From assembly GCF_008831285.2 (NCBI RefSeq), contig NC_045138.2, forward strand, positions 42,718,001-42,782,000: a stretch of DNA of 64,000 nt. Reading direction: 5' to 3'. Source of the stretch: Nymphaea colorata. Its lineage: Eukaryota. The translations under genes were made by a program, and so were the position numbers. This document shows, piece by piece, positions 24,275 through 38,712 of this stretch (position 1 is its first letter; each line of letters starts with the position of its first letter). The notes beneath the pieces were generated by a model, which was given only the letters and a program-made list of their open reading frames with translations, was not told the origin of the DNA and did not search any database.

Positions 24275-27200
24275 ATCCCAACCAAAGGAAGCACTTCTTC
24301 TAGACCCGGCACAAAGAGAAGCAACCCGTGAGACTTGGCATCGGTGCCTTGGCCACTCTAAAAGGCAGTTAATAGATTGTCTATATTTTCAACATCCTAT
24401 TCGTTTGAATAATAAACGTGATGCCTTTTGTGAGATCTACCATGTAGGTAAGACACATAAACTTCTCTTTAAGTCGGCTACTCATAGAACATCTAAGCCT
24501 TTAAAAATCATTCGTGGAGATGTATGGCAACCCTCTCCCACTGAGTTAAGAGAAGGGTTCTCCTATTATTTTCTATTAGTTGATGATTTTTCTCGGTTTG
24601 TGTGGCTATTCCTTCTTCTTTATAAATCTAAAATTTATGATCGCTTTGTTGATTTCAAAGCAATTATTGAAAATCAGTTGAATGCAAAAATCAAAATATC
24701 ATAAATTGACAATGGAGGTGAGCTTACTAGTGAGCAATTGAACAATTTTTTGATTAAACAATGAATCTTTCATCGGTTCTCTTGCCCGTAGACCCCCAAA
24801 CATAATGGATTGGTAGAGGGAAAGCATAGACACAGGGTAGAAGTGGGCCTCTGTATGCTACATGCCTTACACTTTTTGTGTTGACTCCTTCAAAACAACC
24901 ATACATATTATCAATCAGCTGCCTTAAAAAAAATGCAGAACACAAAAGCCCATTTGAATTAATTTGTCATAAAAAGTTAGAATATTCTCACACTCAAATT
25001 TTTGTCTCAACATGCTATTTTAGTCCTGACTACATCTCGAATAAACTTGAACTTAAAACTAAAGCATCTCAGTTATGGTGTGAGACACAAAGGATACGTA
25101 TGTCTAGACCCCACAACACGGTGACTCTATCTCAGTAGGCATGTGCTTTTTGATGAAGAGAAACTTGGGTATTCTAACTCATGTGTGTAGGAAGGATTTA
25201 AGCGACTTGTCATGGTGGGGAATCTCTCTATCAAAATCTATCATGGAGGATGATCTTACACCTATTTCAAATGATTCCAGGTGTCAAATGATGAAGTTTT
25301 ACCTCAATCGATTCAACTCTTTGTTGACCCAATCCTACATGATCAAGCCATGCCTTTTACAACATCACCACGGTCTCCAATGCTTACTGAAACACTTGAA
25401 ATATCAACCTCACCCCTTCCAACCCATGACCCACCTATTCAGCTGACCCTTGTAGTCTGACCATTATTGCCTTGTAAAATAGACTCACAATTGTCACAGT
25501 CGACCCTTGTAGTCCCACATCACCACCTTCTAGAATAGACCCATAATTGTCATCACTTATAGGAACTTTACCACACCCACCAACCCTCCACCCACACATG
25601 TAGATTGATCACTAGGTCAATGACACCCCTAAAAGCGAAAGTCATTGTGTTGACCATGTCATCCTCATCTTTTTATTAACCATCAACCTGCCAAGAGGCC
25701 TCCAAGTGAAAGCGTGTAGGTGGAGCACCGCCATGGATAATATGTTGCTCTTTAACATAACAAGACCTGGGGGTTTGTACCCAAGGAACCACATCTTAAT
25801 GTCATCACTTCCAAATGGGTATAAAAACTCAAACGAAATCCTCATGGGTCTATATCTAGGTACAAGGCGTGGCTAGTAGTGAAAGCATATTTGCAAGAAG
25901 CTAGAATTGATTTTATTGAAACTTTTAGTCCAGTTATTAAGTCTACCTAAATCAGAATTTTACTATCTCTAGCCACAAATTATCATCAGGAAATTCGTCA
26001 ACTGGACTTTGATAATGCTTTTTTGAATGGTTTTAATCTTGAAGAAGTATGCATGGCCTAACTTGAAGGATATGTTAATCGCGTTATCATAATCATGTTT
26101 ACAATCCAAGGATTGAAACAAGCCACTCAAGCTTAGTACCTATGACTGAGTCAATTCTTACTTGAACAAGGATTTCAAGTAATTGAGTCTAATGCCCTGC
26201 TTATATCCAAGACAACAAAAATATAATCATCACCGGAGCATCATCTTCAGTTATATGCAATATTATATCTCAACTAAAAAAACATTCTTTTATGAAGGAT
26301 ATGAGACAGCTATCTTATTTTTTTGGGATTGAAATCAAATACCATGGTGAGGAGATGTACTTGAGTCAAAGGAACTATTTACTCAATATTTTGAAATGGA
26401 CTAGAATGGATACTGCAAGACCGACGTCCACACCAATGAGTTCAATGATCTCTCTCCACAAGGAAGGGATGCCACATATGAATGTCACTCAATACAAAAG
26501 TATTGTTCAAGCTTTACAATATGTCTAACTCACTAGACCTGATATATTTTTTGTTGTAAATAAAGTATGTCAATACATGCATAGCCCTACAGAAGATCAC
26601 TAGAAAGCAGTCAAACATATTCTTAGGTAACTAAACGACGCACTTGATTTTGTTTTGTACTTTATATGATCCCATAATTCTCTTACTTTGCAAGCTTTTT
26701 CCGACACGATTGGGTAGGGTGTGTCGATGATAGAAAGTCTATAGAAGGTTTTATTGTATATTTAAGAAACAAAGCTATTACTTGGTGTTTCAAGACAATG
26801 AACCATTGCTCTATCAAATACTCAAGCATAATATAAATCATTGGAAGGAAGAGTCATTGAACTATTTTGGGTTCAATGGTTACTACACAAACTATGCTTT
26901 CAAGTGCCTAAAGTTTCAATCATATGGTGTGCTAATATTGGTGCCCTTTACTTGTCATCTAATCTTATTTTTCATGCAAGAACTAAACACATGGAAATAT
27001 ATTTCTACATCATTTGTGATCATGTTAATAAAAGGAACATGGCAGTTCAATTCATCAACACCAACAAGCAAGTAGCCGATGGGCTCACTAAATTGCTCAG
27101 CTTAGTCATGTTTGAACAATTTCGAGACAATCCAAGAGTGACCAATGCCACTGTTAGATTGAAGGGGTGCATCAGTGAAGGTGATGCAAATCAATCTATC

Positions 27201-27459
27201 GAGATTCACTAAAGGCAATCACATATGCAAAAAGGCATGACTTAAGGAAAAGAGATCCATGCATATTAAGTGTGACTTAAGAAAAGAAAATCTATGTATA
27301 GCCACTTCTTGTAACGTGCACGTCCTTTTGTTATAACAGTTACCACCTATTAGACAGCTATAGATATTTTAGCATTCAAATTGATCCTTATCAGCAAGAT
27401 CGTATTGTTGTAAATAATATTTCTTTGATATTATAAAAGATGAAAAAACAGTTCGACAC

Positions 27460-28930
27460 ATGTAATCGAGACTGTCCAAAAAATTGTTCCCAAAAGTATT
27501 TTTACTTTCAATTGATTGGTTGGACAAGAATTCTTAAAAAAACCAACTAATGATTTGGGCTGAAGCATTAGTTGGAATAGGGATAAGCAACACACGTTTT
27601 CTTCATTCTTTGCCTGACTTTCAAAGGTTATACATTCAGACAATCTAGTTGTCTTGATGGATTAAGCTAGAAAATATTCCATTAGGGCAAGGTGGGTTGT
27701 CCTTTTTAGCCTTTATCATAGCCCATATAAATTCTTCATCGCAAACTATAAAATTAATCATGAAATTATTTTCATAGAAGTCCATGGGGCATAAAACCTA
27801 GAAAATGGGGAGGAGCTACCTTCTAAGTTTGTCCCTTCATAATAATAAAATATAAGTGGTTGAAGGTAGCATCCAAAATCCCCTAGAAATCAATGATATG
27901 ATTCCCTTCTACATTAATCCTCATAATTTCAGTTTTCTTCCTTCATCCACTAACATGTTGAAGGAAAGATCTCGTTTGGCACGACCTTCTTTTAACTATT
28001 TTAGATGGGATTTTACTTGCATAAATTGATTGCCTATTTTATAAGTGTAATTTAAGTAGATCCCTTTTCATGTCATTACTTGAAATTGTGAATTTTGATG
28101 AACCTAGGCTCCTGAATTGCTTTCAATTCCTCTTGAAGATGATGAATCCTCTAATCGATGCCCCCATAACATGGTTATGCCACTCATAAGGATGAACGTG
28201 AACCTTCTTCAACTTTCCAACTACTTGAATTATTTGAAAACCAAAAGTGTGCTTTTCCAACTTTTCAAAATTAGATTTCTACAACTACAATAATCCAACC
28301 AAAAATTGAAGTAGTACTAGATTCCATTTCTAGTTGTCACTTGAGTCCTAGATAAAATTTTAAAAGTAATGCCTTGAAATATGATTGGGTACAAGGTACA
28401 TCTTAGACTAACATCTTCTAGGAATGCTTATCACCAATCTTATACATAGTTAATCTTTCTGATATGTTTCTCACATTCTTTTAACCTTCACATTCTTTTA
28501 ACCTTCCCTCAAGTTCAACCATGTAAATTGAGAGGTCAAGTCACTAACTTAAGTAAACAACTGTCCAATATGAATTGTTTCAAGGCTATCTAGGAAGAAG
28601 AAGGTATCCTACAACCAGATTTTCTGAATACCATCTCAAACTGAAATAAGATCCCCTATTAAAAACTATTCTCGACTTTTGTCTCACTAGTAATTCCTGC
28701 TCTAAAGAAGGCCACAGCTGATTTTCAATTTAGGGCTTAGATGTAAAGTACATGGTTCCAAATATTAAACTGGAAGGCATGTGCATGGGTATTGGTGTTA
28801 AGAAGGCTGACTTGTTTGAGATCCCATCCACAAATTAACATTGACCAGGCCCATGAAGTTGGGAAGGCAAATCTAAACTGGAAAACACTAAACTTGTTTT
28901 AGAACTTTTTGTAATTAGAATTTCTCGATT
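27460..28930 (-). mobile_element. Ancient L1 LINE ORF2 remnant (endonuclease to start of RT)
   Basis: Broken minus-strand translation gives ENQLWPSLEQE...IGD...KSGCRIPSSS..ALKQFILDSCLL...QFTWLN.REG (APE-like), then KVAP...MDFYE (a KAPGPDGF...FY relic). May extend to about 30700. Confidence 0.5.
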
Positions 28931-31900
28931 ATGGCTTGGAGAACAAACCTTAGATCTCTTTCTTTGATTCTCCCTCCAACTCATGAACATTCTGGCCTTG
29001 GAGATGTCTAACTATATAAGAGTCATACAAGTATGTATAAGAACAAAATTTTCTATCATCAACTTGAGTAGAGATGCTCTAAGTTGCATTTGGCATCGTT
29101 AATGAGTAGAATTTTCCTTTTACTAACTAACGTGGGAAGTCGGTGTCTTTCTAGTAGTTTGGATGCTATTTTACTTGTCATTATCTAATTATTATTCAGT
29201 TTTCCATACAATGTGGGAAGTTGGCTGGTAATTCTTCTGCTGATATGAGGATTATTTTAGTTGTATCATATTACTATATCCACTTCATCATTGGCTTTTC
29301 TTTTCTCTAATTTGCTGAAGAAGCTCCATATATTCGGTTGATGTCACACAAACCTTACAAATATATTATAGTTGCTCCTATGCATAACTTTTTATTTATG
29401 GGTTTTGCTAATCAAATGATCACCTTTTACATTGTAATGATCTTTGTTTGTGATTATTGAACATAGTCTCAAGCAGTTGAAATATATTAGTTCAAGTATG
29501 GTATTCTCTATTTTTATTCCAAGTTTTTTCTCCTTGTTATCTAGTGGCCATGGCAGTCTTATGAGATAACTTGATTGACATGTGTGAGATTTTAATCTAA
29601 TGCCTTCTAAAACAAGCTCAAATTTAAGAAATAAAATCAAAAAAACATTCATAAATCTTTTTAAAAAATTATAGAGAAGTTTACTAATATCCCTACTTTT
29701 CCAAAATTGAAGTCCTAAATTTGGAAAAAGAATGAGGCAATCGTCCTTACATCGGTTGATTTCATGGTGAATGTCCTTGAGTTACCTGCATTACATCATC
29801 AAAACATAGATCTAGATCTTTTCTTGAGAAGCTCAATCAAGTCCCATGAGCTATATCTAGGTTGAGGAACGTCTTGAGTTTAACCAGAAACATTGATATC
29901 ACAAACTTCTTTAATTCCTAAAATCTAAAAGAAAGTGAGAGGCAATATCATTGAGGTATGTCAGTTAGACACGGCTTTTGTGCGCTAGAATTGGCTAGAA
30001 AAATTCGTTGAGGTCAACCAAAATCTGGAAATGAAACAAAATTTGGGAGACCTAACACATGGAGGTTTACTGTATCTCATATTCTCAATGATGCATGCCG
30101 TTCTGAAAGCTAGTTAGTTGCCTAGGCTATCAAGGTTTATAAATAATATCGAATATTTCAGAACTAAGTTTTTGCAACTTCTTATACCCTATCCATGGGT
30201 TGACATCATTGGCCAATAGGTTGCCCAAGGACATACCTCAGCACCTAGTGCTGATGGATTAGCCAACTATTTACGATAATGATGCACACGCTTGTTCCTT
30301 CAAAATCTTCAGTTCAAATATTCTGCCAATGATTCTATTTATAATCTAACATTCATGGATGTTAGATTCTTGGTTTTGTTGTTATCTACAAATAAATTTT
30401 CCTTCAATAATGCATAATGAATGATTATAAAAGTTTCTGTATAAATAGGTCCTCAAACATGTTTTCTAGTCATGAGATGAGCATGGGAATGGAAACCAGA
30501 AGCACAGGCTATTTTTCTGTCCTGGAGGTCCTTGTTGCCCTTCATTTAACCTCCTTATCATTTGTACCAAAATCCTTCTTCATTGTATACTTAAAATTAT
30601 GTTATTCATTTACCCTCTATCCATTATTTCTCGACCATCACCTAGTCTACTTAGCTGGACAATATGCTACTACCACTATCATAAGTCACTCGAAGGAACA
30701 ACACTTTTCTGGTGAATCAGCATGAAAAATGAGCCAAAAATTTTCAACAGAGTTTGTCAAAAATTGTTTTTAAATACTTTCTAAAATATAGGATTGTCCA
30801 AAAAACTCATATTTTGCTGAACAACAGCCTTCCATTTTATGAAGTCATCGTCTTCTTGTTTTAAAATATTTTCCTCGAAATGCCCTAGGATGATACGAAG
30901 GGCAAAAATTTATAAGATTGCCAAACAAAGTGTTCAAATGAATATAGGCATATTTCCCTAATTTACAAAGATAATTTTCAAATATATTTTCCAAACTTTC
31001 AGTGGGTCATTTCTCAGAATTATAGTGTTTCATGTCCTATATATGTTCAAAGCATTCAGAAGGTATCTTGATAATCTTGATAACCTACCACACTATGTAC
31101 TGAAATATAATGGGCCAACATAAGTTTTAGATGTTCGTTTGGGTTCACCCCACGTAAAGGCTTGTACGTGTTAGAAGCATCCTATCAGAAACTCTACAAG
31201 ATAGTAAGTGTTCACAAAAAAATTGCAAACAAAATTTTTTTATCAATGAAGTTAATCTCTGGGAAAAGAAAGTAAACAAAATTTTCATGCAAAAATCACA
31301 ACTATGGTTCCACGAAGAATTATACAGATCACAATCAATCTGTAATGAAGCAATGACTGGAAGCAAGGCAAATGTTGAGGCTCCAAGAACCACCTTAAGT
31401 ACATGTAAGAAAAACAAAAGCAAAAGTTTATTTCCTCCATCTCTTTTTAGGAGTCAAACACGCAACAACTGCCAACGCCCAAAAGGAAAAGAAAAAGAGC
31501 CTAGTTTATGAACTATCACATTTAAAGAAACAAAAATCAACTTATGCACGAAATGACAAACTGGTTTCTCGACTATCAAATTTGAAGAATGAAAAGCAAC
31601 AAACAAGAGAAAGAGCCTTTTATGAAATCAAGAAGGGGAAAAATTTGGGTTCTCAATAAAAAAAGAATGGAATATGATGGAGGGGCAGTCATACCAAAGG
31701 AAGCAAGTGTCAAGTATCTCTTCCTTCTCATTCCTTACTGCATATATATATATCACGTTATTAACGAAAAAACAAAGAAAACTGGAAAATATCACGATAT
31801 ATTAAAAAAACATTAAAAAATAATTTATCATGATTTTAACGTGATTTTATTGTGATTTTTTCATGTTTCATTGTTTTATTTCTTCTTCTTGTAAGTATTT

Positions 31901-32885
31901 AACATGACCTGCTAAATACAATACCATACTTACGATTTTTTCATTTCTTGTATTTTATGATTTTTTTTTTGAACTCCAAAATTTTTCGAAAAAACAACTT
32001 TTTCAATAAATACCTGAAAAAACCTAGCTCCTTCATCGCCATCGTTCCTCTACCATTGGCTTGTAGACTCGGAGGAGACCGAGATGGTTGAGAGAGTGAA
32101 ATTTACAGATCTAAAGAAGGACATCGGAAGGAGGAAGCGGGGGTGCAAAAACATAAAATGGAGAGAGATTTTTTTTTTTAATCAAAAGAAAGGAAAAGGA
32201 AAAAAAACTTCTTAGCGTTTAACATGGAGCGATTGGATGATAGTTGAAACCAACTCCTTTTTCACCTTCCGGTTCAGCATTGCTTGAGAACGTACGTGAC
32301 ACCCATCGCATCCACCGTTTTTTCAGGACATCCATCAAACAGCAACCACAGGAACTTGGTGTTTAACAAATGCAAAGCAATTCTCACATGAAGAGTGCAG
32401 CAGACAATGTTTTATCTCCCGCCAAAATAAAAACGCCCTTTGCTTTTGCGCCAAAAGAACAGTTGGTTTGCTGGAGGTTTTGTTCTACTTGCTGTTCCAT
32501 CGCCAGAGAAGGAGGCTTCATCCCCTGAGAGGGACATCTCATTGCCTTTATTTTCAATCAAAGGCGAAAGCAGCGGTCATTCGTTCTCCATCCCTTTGTT
32601 TGCCGTTGCTCAGTTAGTTGTTGATTACACATATCTTGAACACTGATGCCATCGCCATTGTTCGAGTTTTCAGGTGAGAGATGGGTCAGTCGTCTTTCTC
32701 TTTGTATGACTTTTTAATTCTGTTTCGTTACTGAGGATGGTTCCAATTTGCTAGGCATTTTTCTTTCTCCATTCCTTCCTCCCTTTTAGCCTTTTCTTGG
32801 TTCCATGGTTCCCCGTTGTCGGGTTTCCATGTTTAGGGGTTTGGGTTTTGAAGCACAGGCAAACTCTGTTTCAAAGTAGCTTGGT

Positions 32886-32891
<6 letters not shown>

Positions 32892-32944
<53 letters not shown>
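32892..32944. repeat. (TC)n(TA)n microsatellite
   Basis: Directly visible. Confidence 0.95.
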
Positions 32945-32945
<1 letters not shown>

Positions 32946-35329
32946 GGCAATATTGGCAGGCGCCTCTAGTGCAGCTATGCAATCCATTTGTGCACTCCCT
33001 CTTTCTTCGGTAAGACTCTCTCTCTTTCTCACACTAACACACAGGGACATGGAGAGACACAGCTCTTATGTTTGTTTCTTCTAACCGTAGTTGGTATTCT
33101 AACAGAATACAAGATTGCAGGAGTATAGATTGAAGCATGATACTGTGTTACTGTCTTGTCCTAGTTGTTCTTTGTGCCCAAAGTGTGGTAGTAAGCTAGT
33201 AGCATATAGATTACAGCGAATCATGCTTCCTATTTTTACGTTGCCACTCGGGCGTCCTTCCTCTTAACCCCTTATGATTGTTCTTTCCTCTCAATCTAAC
33301 CATATACAAGTAGATGTAAAACATCTACATTTATTGGATTGTAAAAGGAATGACGAAATTCGTATGTACCAATCAAAATTTTATTCAAACTTAATAATAT
33401 TAAAATTCCTGGCTTATAAGATCCAGACTATATACTATATCACATGCTTGTGCAGGATGCAGGGTCCTGCCTAAATTTATACGACTTTCGTTATTTGGTA
33501 GAGTTTTTTAGTGGTGGTGGTGACGGTGGAGCCTTCCCTTTGGTCCCATCTTTCTGAAACTAGAAATTGCCATTGAAACGTGCAGAATCCTACAGGGCTA
33601 GCTCCTGTCCACTTAGCAGCACACTCTGTGCAACAACAGCAGTTCAACGTGATGGACTTTAAGCAGGACTCTGCAGAGACTTTGAGGTCTCCACACAAGC
33701 TCCTTGTTTTCTAACTTTTGCTTCTTTTTCTGTTTAGGTTGTCTCTGTTTACCATTGAGGATGCTCTTGATCAAACCCAGTTATGCAAAGAAATGTACAT
33801 TTGGTTTGGGGCTGTAGAGCTCCTTCATTGACCCAAAAGACTTGACCTGTTTTTCTTTTCGATTTCCTAGCGAACCAGCACTAAAATGACCAATAACACA
33901 ACCACTGGTCTGTTTTCCGTCTCTTCATGTCCATAAACACTGGAAGCTACAGATAGACAAAGTACTTCTTGAACTTAAAAGATTAACAGCTCTATATACT
34001 AATGGAACAAAATGATGATCCTCATGATATGAAGCAACTAGTAGATTGACTTGTTTGAGCACCTGATCGAGCACATCAAGACCTCATATCATTCAGTCCA
34101 TGAATCGACGTATGGGATCTGCAAGAAGCACCGTAGACCTTATGGTATCGAACATGCAATAATTAATTATTTTTATTATGTTTTAGTATTTGTTAGCTTG
34201 AAGCCAACCTTGGTTTTGAATTTAGGGAGATATAACAAAATATAGATAAAAAGCTTGGTTGATCTATGCTGTTTAGGTGTCTATCCCCATCCATTGTCAG
34301 CCCATCGGCACTAGTTGGACACAACTACCTCAAGAACGGTGCAATGAATGAAGATGATTGCCCAAAAAACCTAGCAGGTGCACGATTATTGAGATGTACC
34401 AGCCCCTTATAGACTACTTGATGTCAAAATTTTAGCCATCTTTCATCATGCTGCTCCTTCAGCAAGGTCAAGGGGAAAGAACAAACCAATTTCTTGACTC
34501 AGGTTCTCCCCAAAACGACATGTTTTTCACGAAATGGGTGGAATAGATTTGTTGGTGGACACGCTCAAATTCGTGACTATTGAGTTCCCAATATAAAATA
34601 GGGAAATTGGGAGGATAAGACTTGAGGACCTTTTGAGCCCACTTTTTGAAAGTGTATTTAGTAGCAGACTAGTAAGGGAATGTCGAGATGGATGTTGCTA
34701 ATCATCACAGGGAGTGCTAGTGGGGCGTCCTATTCCGGCTGCAGGAACGTGATAACTCTGAAAAGAGAGAGAGAGAGAGGGAGATAGAGAGTCTATCCTC
34801 CCAACTTAAAAATGAAAGTGGGGTGCACTTGATTATGCTTTTCTATACGTTTTTTCTTTTCTCTTTAACTCTCACCTTTATTAAAAAGACGCAACAAGGG
34901 ATTATGCAAAGGAGAATAACAGCAACTAAGGGTTTGAGAGCAGTGAGCAAGGAATTTTCGGCACGACATGACGAAGTGGCTGTCCGTGCGGCCTCACAAG
35001 CTAAAAGCAAAAATCGTGGTTTTTAGAGCTTTCCATTATTCAATGTGGGCTTTCAATTCTGACATTTGATGCCTTATGCCCATTATTTCCATGGGCATAA
35101 CATGCTTTAAAATACCAAAAACTAAAACTCATAATGTATCTACAAGAGCAAAACCGCACAATATATATCCACAAAGCCACACACACACACACACATACAC
35201 ACACACACACACAGAGAGAGAGACAAAATTTAGGGACAAGAAATTTCCTAAGTACAAAAATAAACTGCAGAAACAAAATATAAGAAGAGAATATACAAGT
35301 TAGTAGCACAATAAAACATAATAAGAGAG

Positions 35330-38300
35330 GTGGAGAGAGAGTGGACCGACGGAACAACAGAGTCGCCCAGCAATAGACGAAGGACGGTGCCGTAGCCGAA
35401 TGGCAAAGTGAACATCTCCCTGCACAAGGCGTGCCACAGACTCCGACGATGAGAAGGTGTCCCTGAAGACCCTGTTATTGCGCTCATTCCAAATGAGTCA
35501 CCAAGAAGAAATGAGCCACAACCACTTGACATGACCTTGGGTAAAAGACAGGTGGGATGAGGGACAAAAGAGGAAAAAAAGACAAATGGATGGAGGGTTT
35601 GCGAGGTTATTAACGAAGGAAGGCCATACAGAGGTAAGGACATTATAGAAGAAATGACAAAAGGTAAAAATGTGAACCCGAGACTCAGTCGCGACGAGAC
35701 AGAGGGGACATTGGTTAGCTAAACTAATATCGAGGCGCTGTAGGTGGTCAAAAGTATTGATGTGACCAATAAGGAGAAGCCAGACAAAAGCAACAGCACG
35801 AGGAGAGGGACCAGGGGACCAAAGAGACTGGGGTGGGAGCGATGCAATGGAAGAACCAAAGGAGGCCAGGTAACAAGAAGAAAAAGTGAATTCACGGAAA
35901 TACGAAAGAGGCCAGGAAGGGGGGGCGAGCGGTGGGAGGTCAGCAAGGCGGAAGAAAAGAGGAATGACAGAAAGCAGACCGCTCCAAAAGTGTGAAGGAG
36001 AGGTGTGAGAGATGAAAATATTTCAATCAATAGGGGAAGACATGTCAAATGGAACAAATGAAAAAGGAGATGAGAGAAAACTCAGTTGTCAAACGCCACC
36101 ACCAAGAACATAAAGAGGACTCACACGCCCGACTAAAGTTGGTAACCACAGCACCCCCAAAAAGACGCGGAATGACAACCATATCCCAACGCGCAAGACA
36201 ATCCGAATGGCGATCACCATCCCAAATAAAGTTACGAATGATTTTGTCAAACCTTCTCCGTACAACCACAGGAGGTCGAAAGACCGCCAAAGCATGAAGT
36301 AGGATAGACGCAAGACAGTGCTTAATAAGGGTAATACGTCCTGTCAGGGAAAGCAGCTTACCCTGCCAACAATGGAGGCGATCCGACAGCTTCTACTCCA
36401 CATCATTCCAAAACAAAGGCGTAGGAGGTGACAATCTAATCTGAAGATCCAAGTAGTCCATGGGCAGACCAGTAGCCTTACACCCAAAATAGCCTTACAC
36501 CCAAAACAAGATTTTGCAAGAAGCATTGTGGCCGGATCCGCGTGAATGAGAGAAATGTGACACTTCGAGGAATTAATAGAAAGACTAAAGACGAGCTTAA
36601 AAACTCGAAGGATGAGCCTAGTTCTCAATTTGTTGGCGAGAAGCAGTGCCAAACAGGAGAAAATCATCTGCATATTGGAGGGTGGAGAAGGCCTCCAAGT
36701 GGGGTAGTGAATGTGGAGTGATGAAACCAACGACAATCGCATGACGAAATAAGGCAGAAAAGCACTCGACAACTAAGTTGAAAAGCAAAGGTGATAGCGG
36801 ACAACCCTGTCGGAGGCCGCGACCGAGACAAAAAAATTCGTCACACAACTCATTGAAAGAGATCGCAAGTTGGGCCCTAATGACGAGCGAGAGGAACCAC
36901 TGACGAAACGACAGACCAAAAGCAAGGCGAGTGAGGAGGTCAGATAGGAACTTCCAACTAACTGAATCAAAGGCCTTGGAAATGTCCAACTTAAGGATGA
37001 ATGAGGGAAGACGCAAACAGTAGAGGGAATGAACAACCTCGTTGGCAAGGACGACAGCGTCATGCAAACGCCGACCCTTGATGAACGCAACCTGAAAGGG
37101 GTTGATGATAGATGGCATAAGATGTGCAAGTCGCAAGGAAAGCAACTTAGAGACAATCTTATAGGGAGTGCTTAAGATGGAGATCGGGCGAAAGTGGCTA
37201 ACGTCCGTAGGGTTAGGACGCTTAGACACCAAGACACAGGAGGCTTGATTAAACTCTTTAATAAAGACAAAGTTGGAGGCAAACTCGTTACAAAACTCGA
37301 ACACATCAACGCTACAAGCCTCCCAAAAGGTGCGAAAAGAACTCAACAGGAAAACCATCAATGTCGGGCGCCTTACCCGAGTCGAGAGCCCAAACAGCAT
37401 TCTTGATTTCTTGGTGCAGGAAGGGCTGCTCAAGAGTGATCGTGCAAGAGAAAGAGAGGGATGAGAGGTGAATGTCTGGCAGCGGGGCACGAAAGTGAAG
37501 AGGTTTAGAGTAGAAATCACGAAAATGAGCGGTCAAAGCCAGAAGGATGTCATCACCAAGAAATTCCTTGTGCCCAATAACCATGGACTGGAGCAACGCC
37601 TAACGACATCTCTGAGAGGCGGCCAAGTGGAAGAAACGAGAATTCTGGTCACCATGCGCAAGCCAACCCAACCTAGAACGCTGCTGCCAGTGGATGAATT
37701 CCCTAATCCGCCACTCCTGAGCAAGATTCTGGAGACAAATGAGACGAGAAGATTGATCCACAGAAACATTATCAGATAACTGGAGGGACAAGATCTCCTC
37801 ATCCCAAACGGCCACCTCAAAAAATTTTCCACTCCAAAAAAATACGTTTCCAAGCAATAACCTCCCTCCTAATGCAATGCAGCTTACGCGAGAGCCTAAA
37901 AGCAACCCACCTACCATTGACGGTGCGAGCCCACCACCTAGGGACGACGTCAACAAAGGACTCATCCCGAAGCCACCAAAGCTCAAAGCGAAATCGGGTG
38001 CGCCCGGTTCCAGCCCTATCCCAAAGAAGTGAGAGTAGTAGAGGAGCATGATCAGACAAATGCCTTAGTCCTAAGTTTAAAAACGACGAGGGGAAAGCAG
38101 CGAACAACTCAGGCGAGAAGAAGATACGGTCCAGTCTTCGGAGAATGGGAGGATTTCTATTGTTGGACCAAGTAAACTTCCCATTAATCAATGGCACGTC
38201 GAAAAGGCCGAACTGATCAACGAACGAGCGAAAGATAGACATAGACAGACCAGAAGTGATGGAGGAGGAGGAGTCCGCAGGGTTAAGAAGACAATTGAAG

Positions 38301-38712
38301 TCCCCTGCCAAAAGCCACGGTAAAGAAGCAAGCTCACGAGCATGACAAAGCTCAGCCCACAGCTTGTTACGCAAGGCCCCAACGCAAGGGCCATAAACCG
38401 CCGTGACTAAGACCGGGCCATTGGGCCATAGACCATTGAGGATGGCCGAAATAAAGTACTTACTAACACACACAACGTTCCCTGCAAGAGGGGGAGACCA
38501 AGCCAGCAGAATGCCTCAGCAACACCATTAGCTAGAAGGTACCCAAAGGGCGGCTGACGCAATAAAGTACGGATTCAGGCATGAGAAACCACAGACAGCT
38601 TGGTCTCCACAACAATAAGCAAAGTAGGCTCATGCTGACGGACCCAAGAAGAGAGGTATCTACGCCGATAACGGGCACTCAGGCCACACACATTACAACA
38701 TGCAACCCTCAT
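35330..38712 (-). pseudogene. L1 ORF2 (apurinic endonuclease plus reverse transcriptase), frameshifted
   Basis: MRVACCNVCGL...VVETKL; WLLAGDFN; FTWSN...RLDRIF; SDHAPL; KAPDIDGF; FRPISIL; KLDISKAFDSV; GLRQGCPLSPLLF; QYADD; C-terminal IWNERNNRVF. Confidence 0.92.

Larger units (their letters stand above)
21330..27430 (+). mobile_element. Heavily decayed, 5'-truncated Ty1/copia element (Ale/Retrofit-like) interrupted by two hAT insertions
   Basis: Zinc knuckle CHYCGRKGHTTRSCW (~21617); protease PDTRATNHIT; WHRCLGH (~24335); integrase GDVWQPSP and VDDFSRFVW; RT MKDMRQLSYFFGIE; RNase H FHARTKHMEI and VADGLTK; PPT GAAGGGG at 27161. No 5' LTR seen; ends approximate. Confidence 0.85.
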
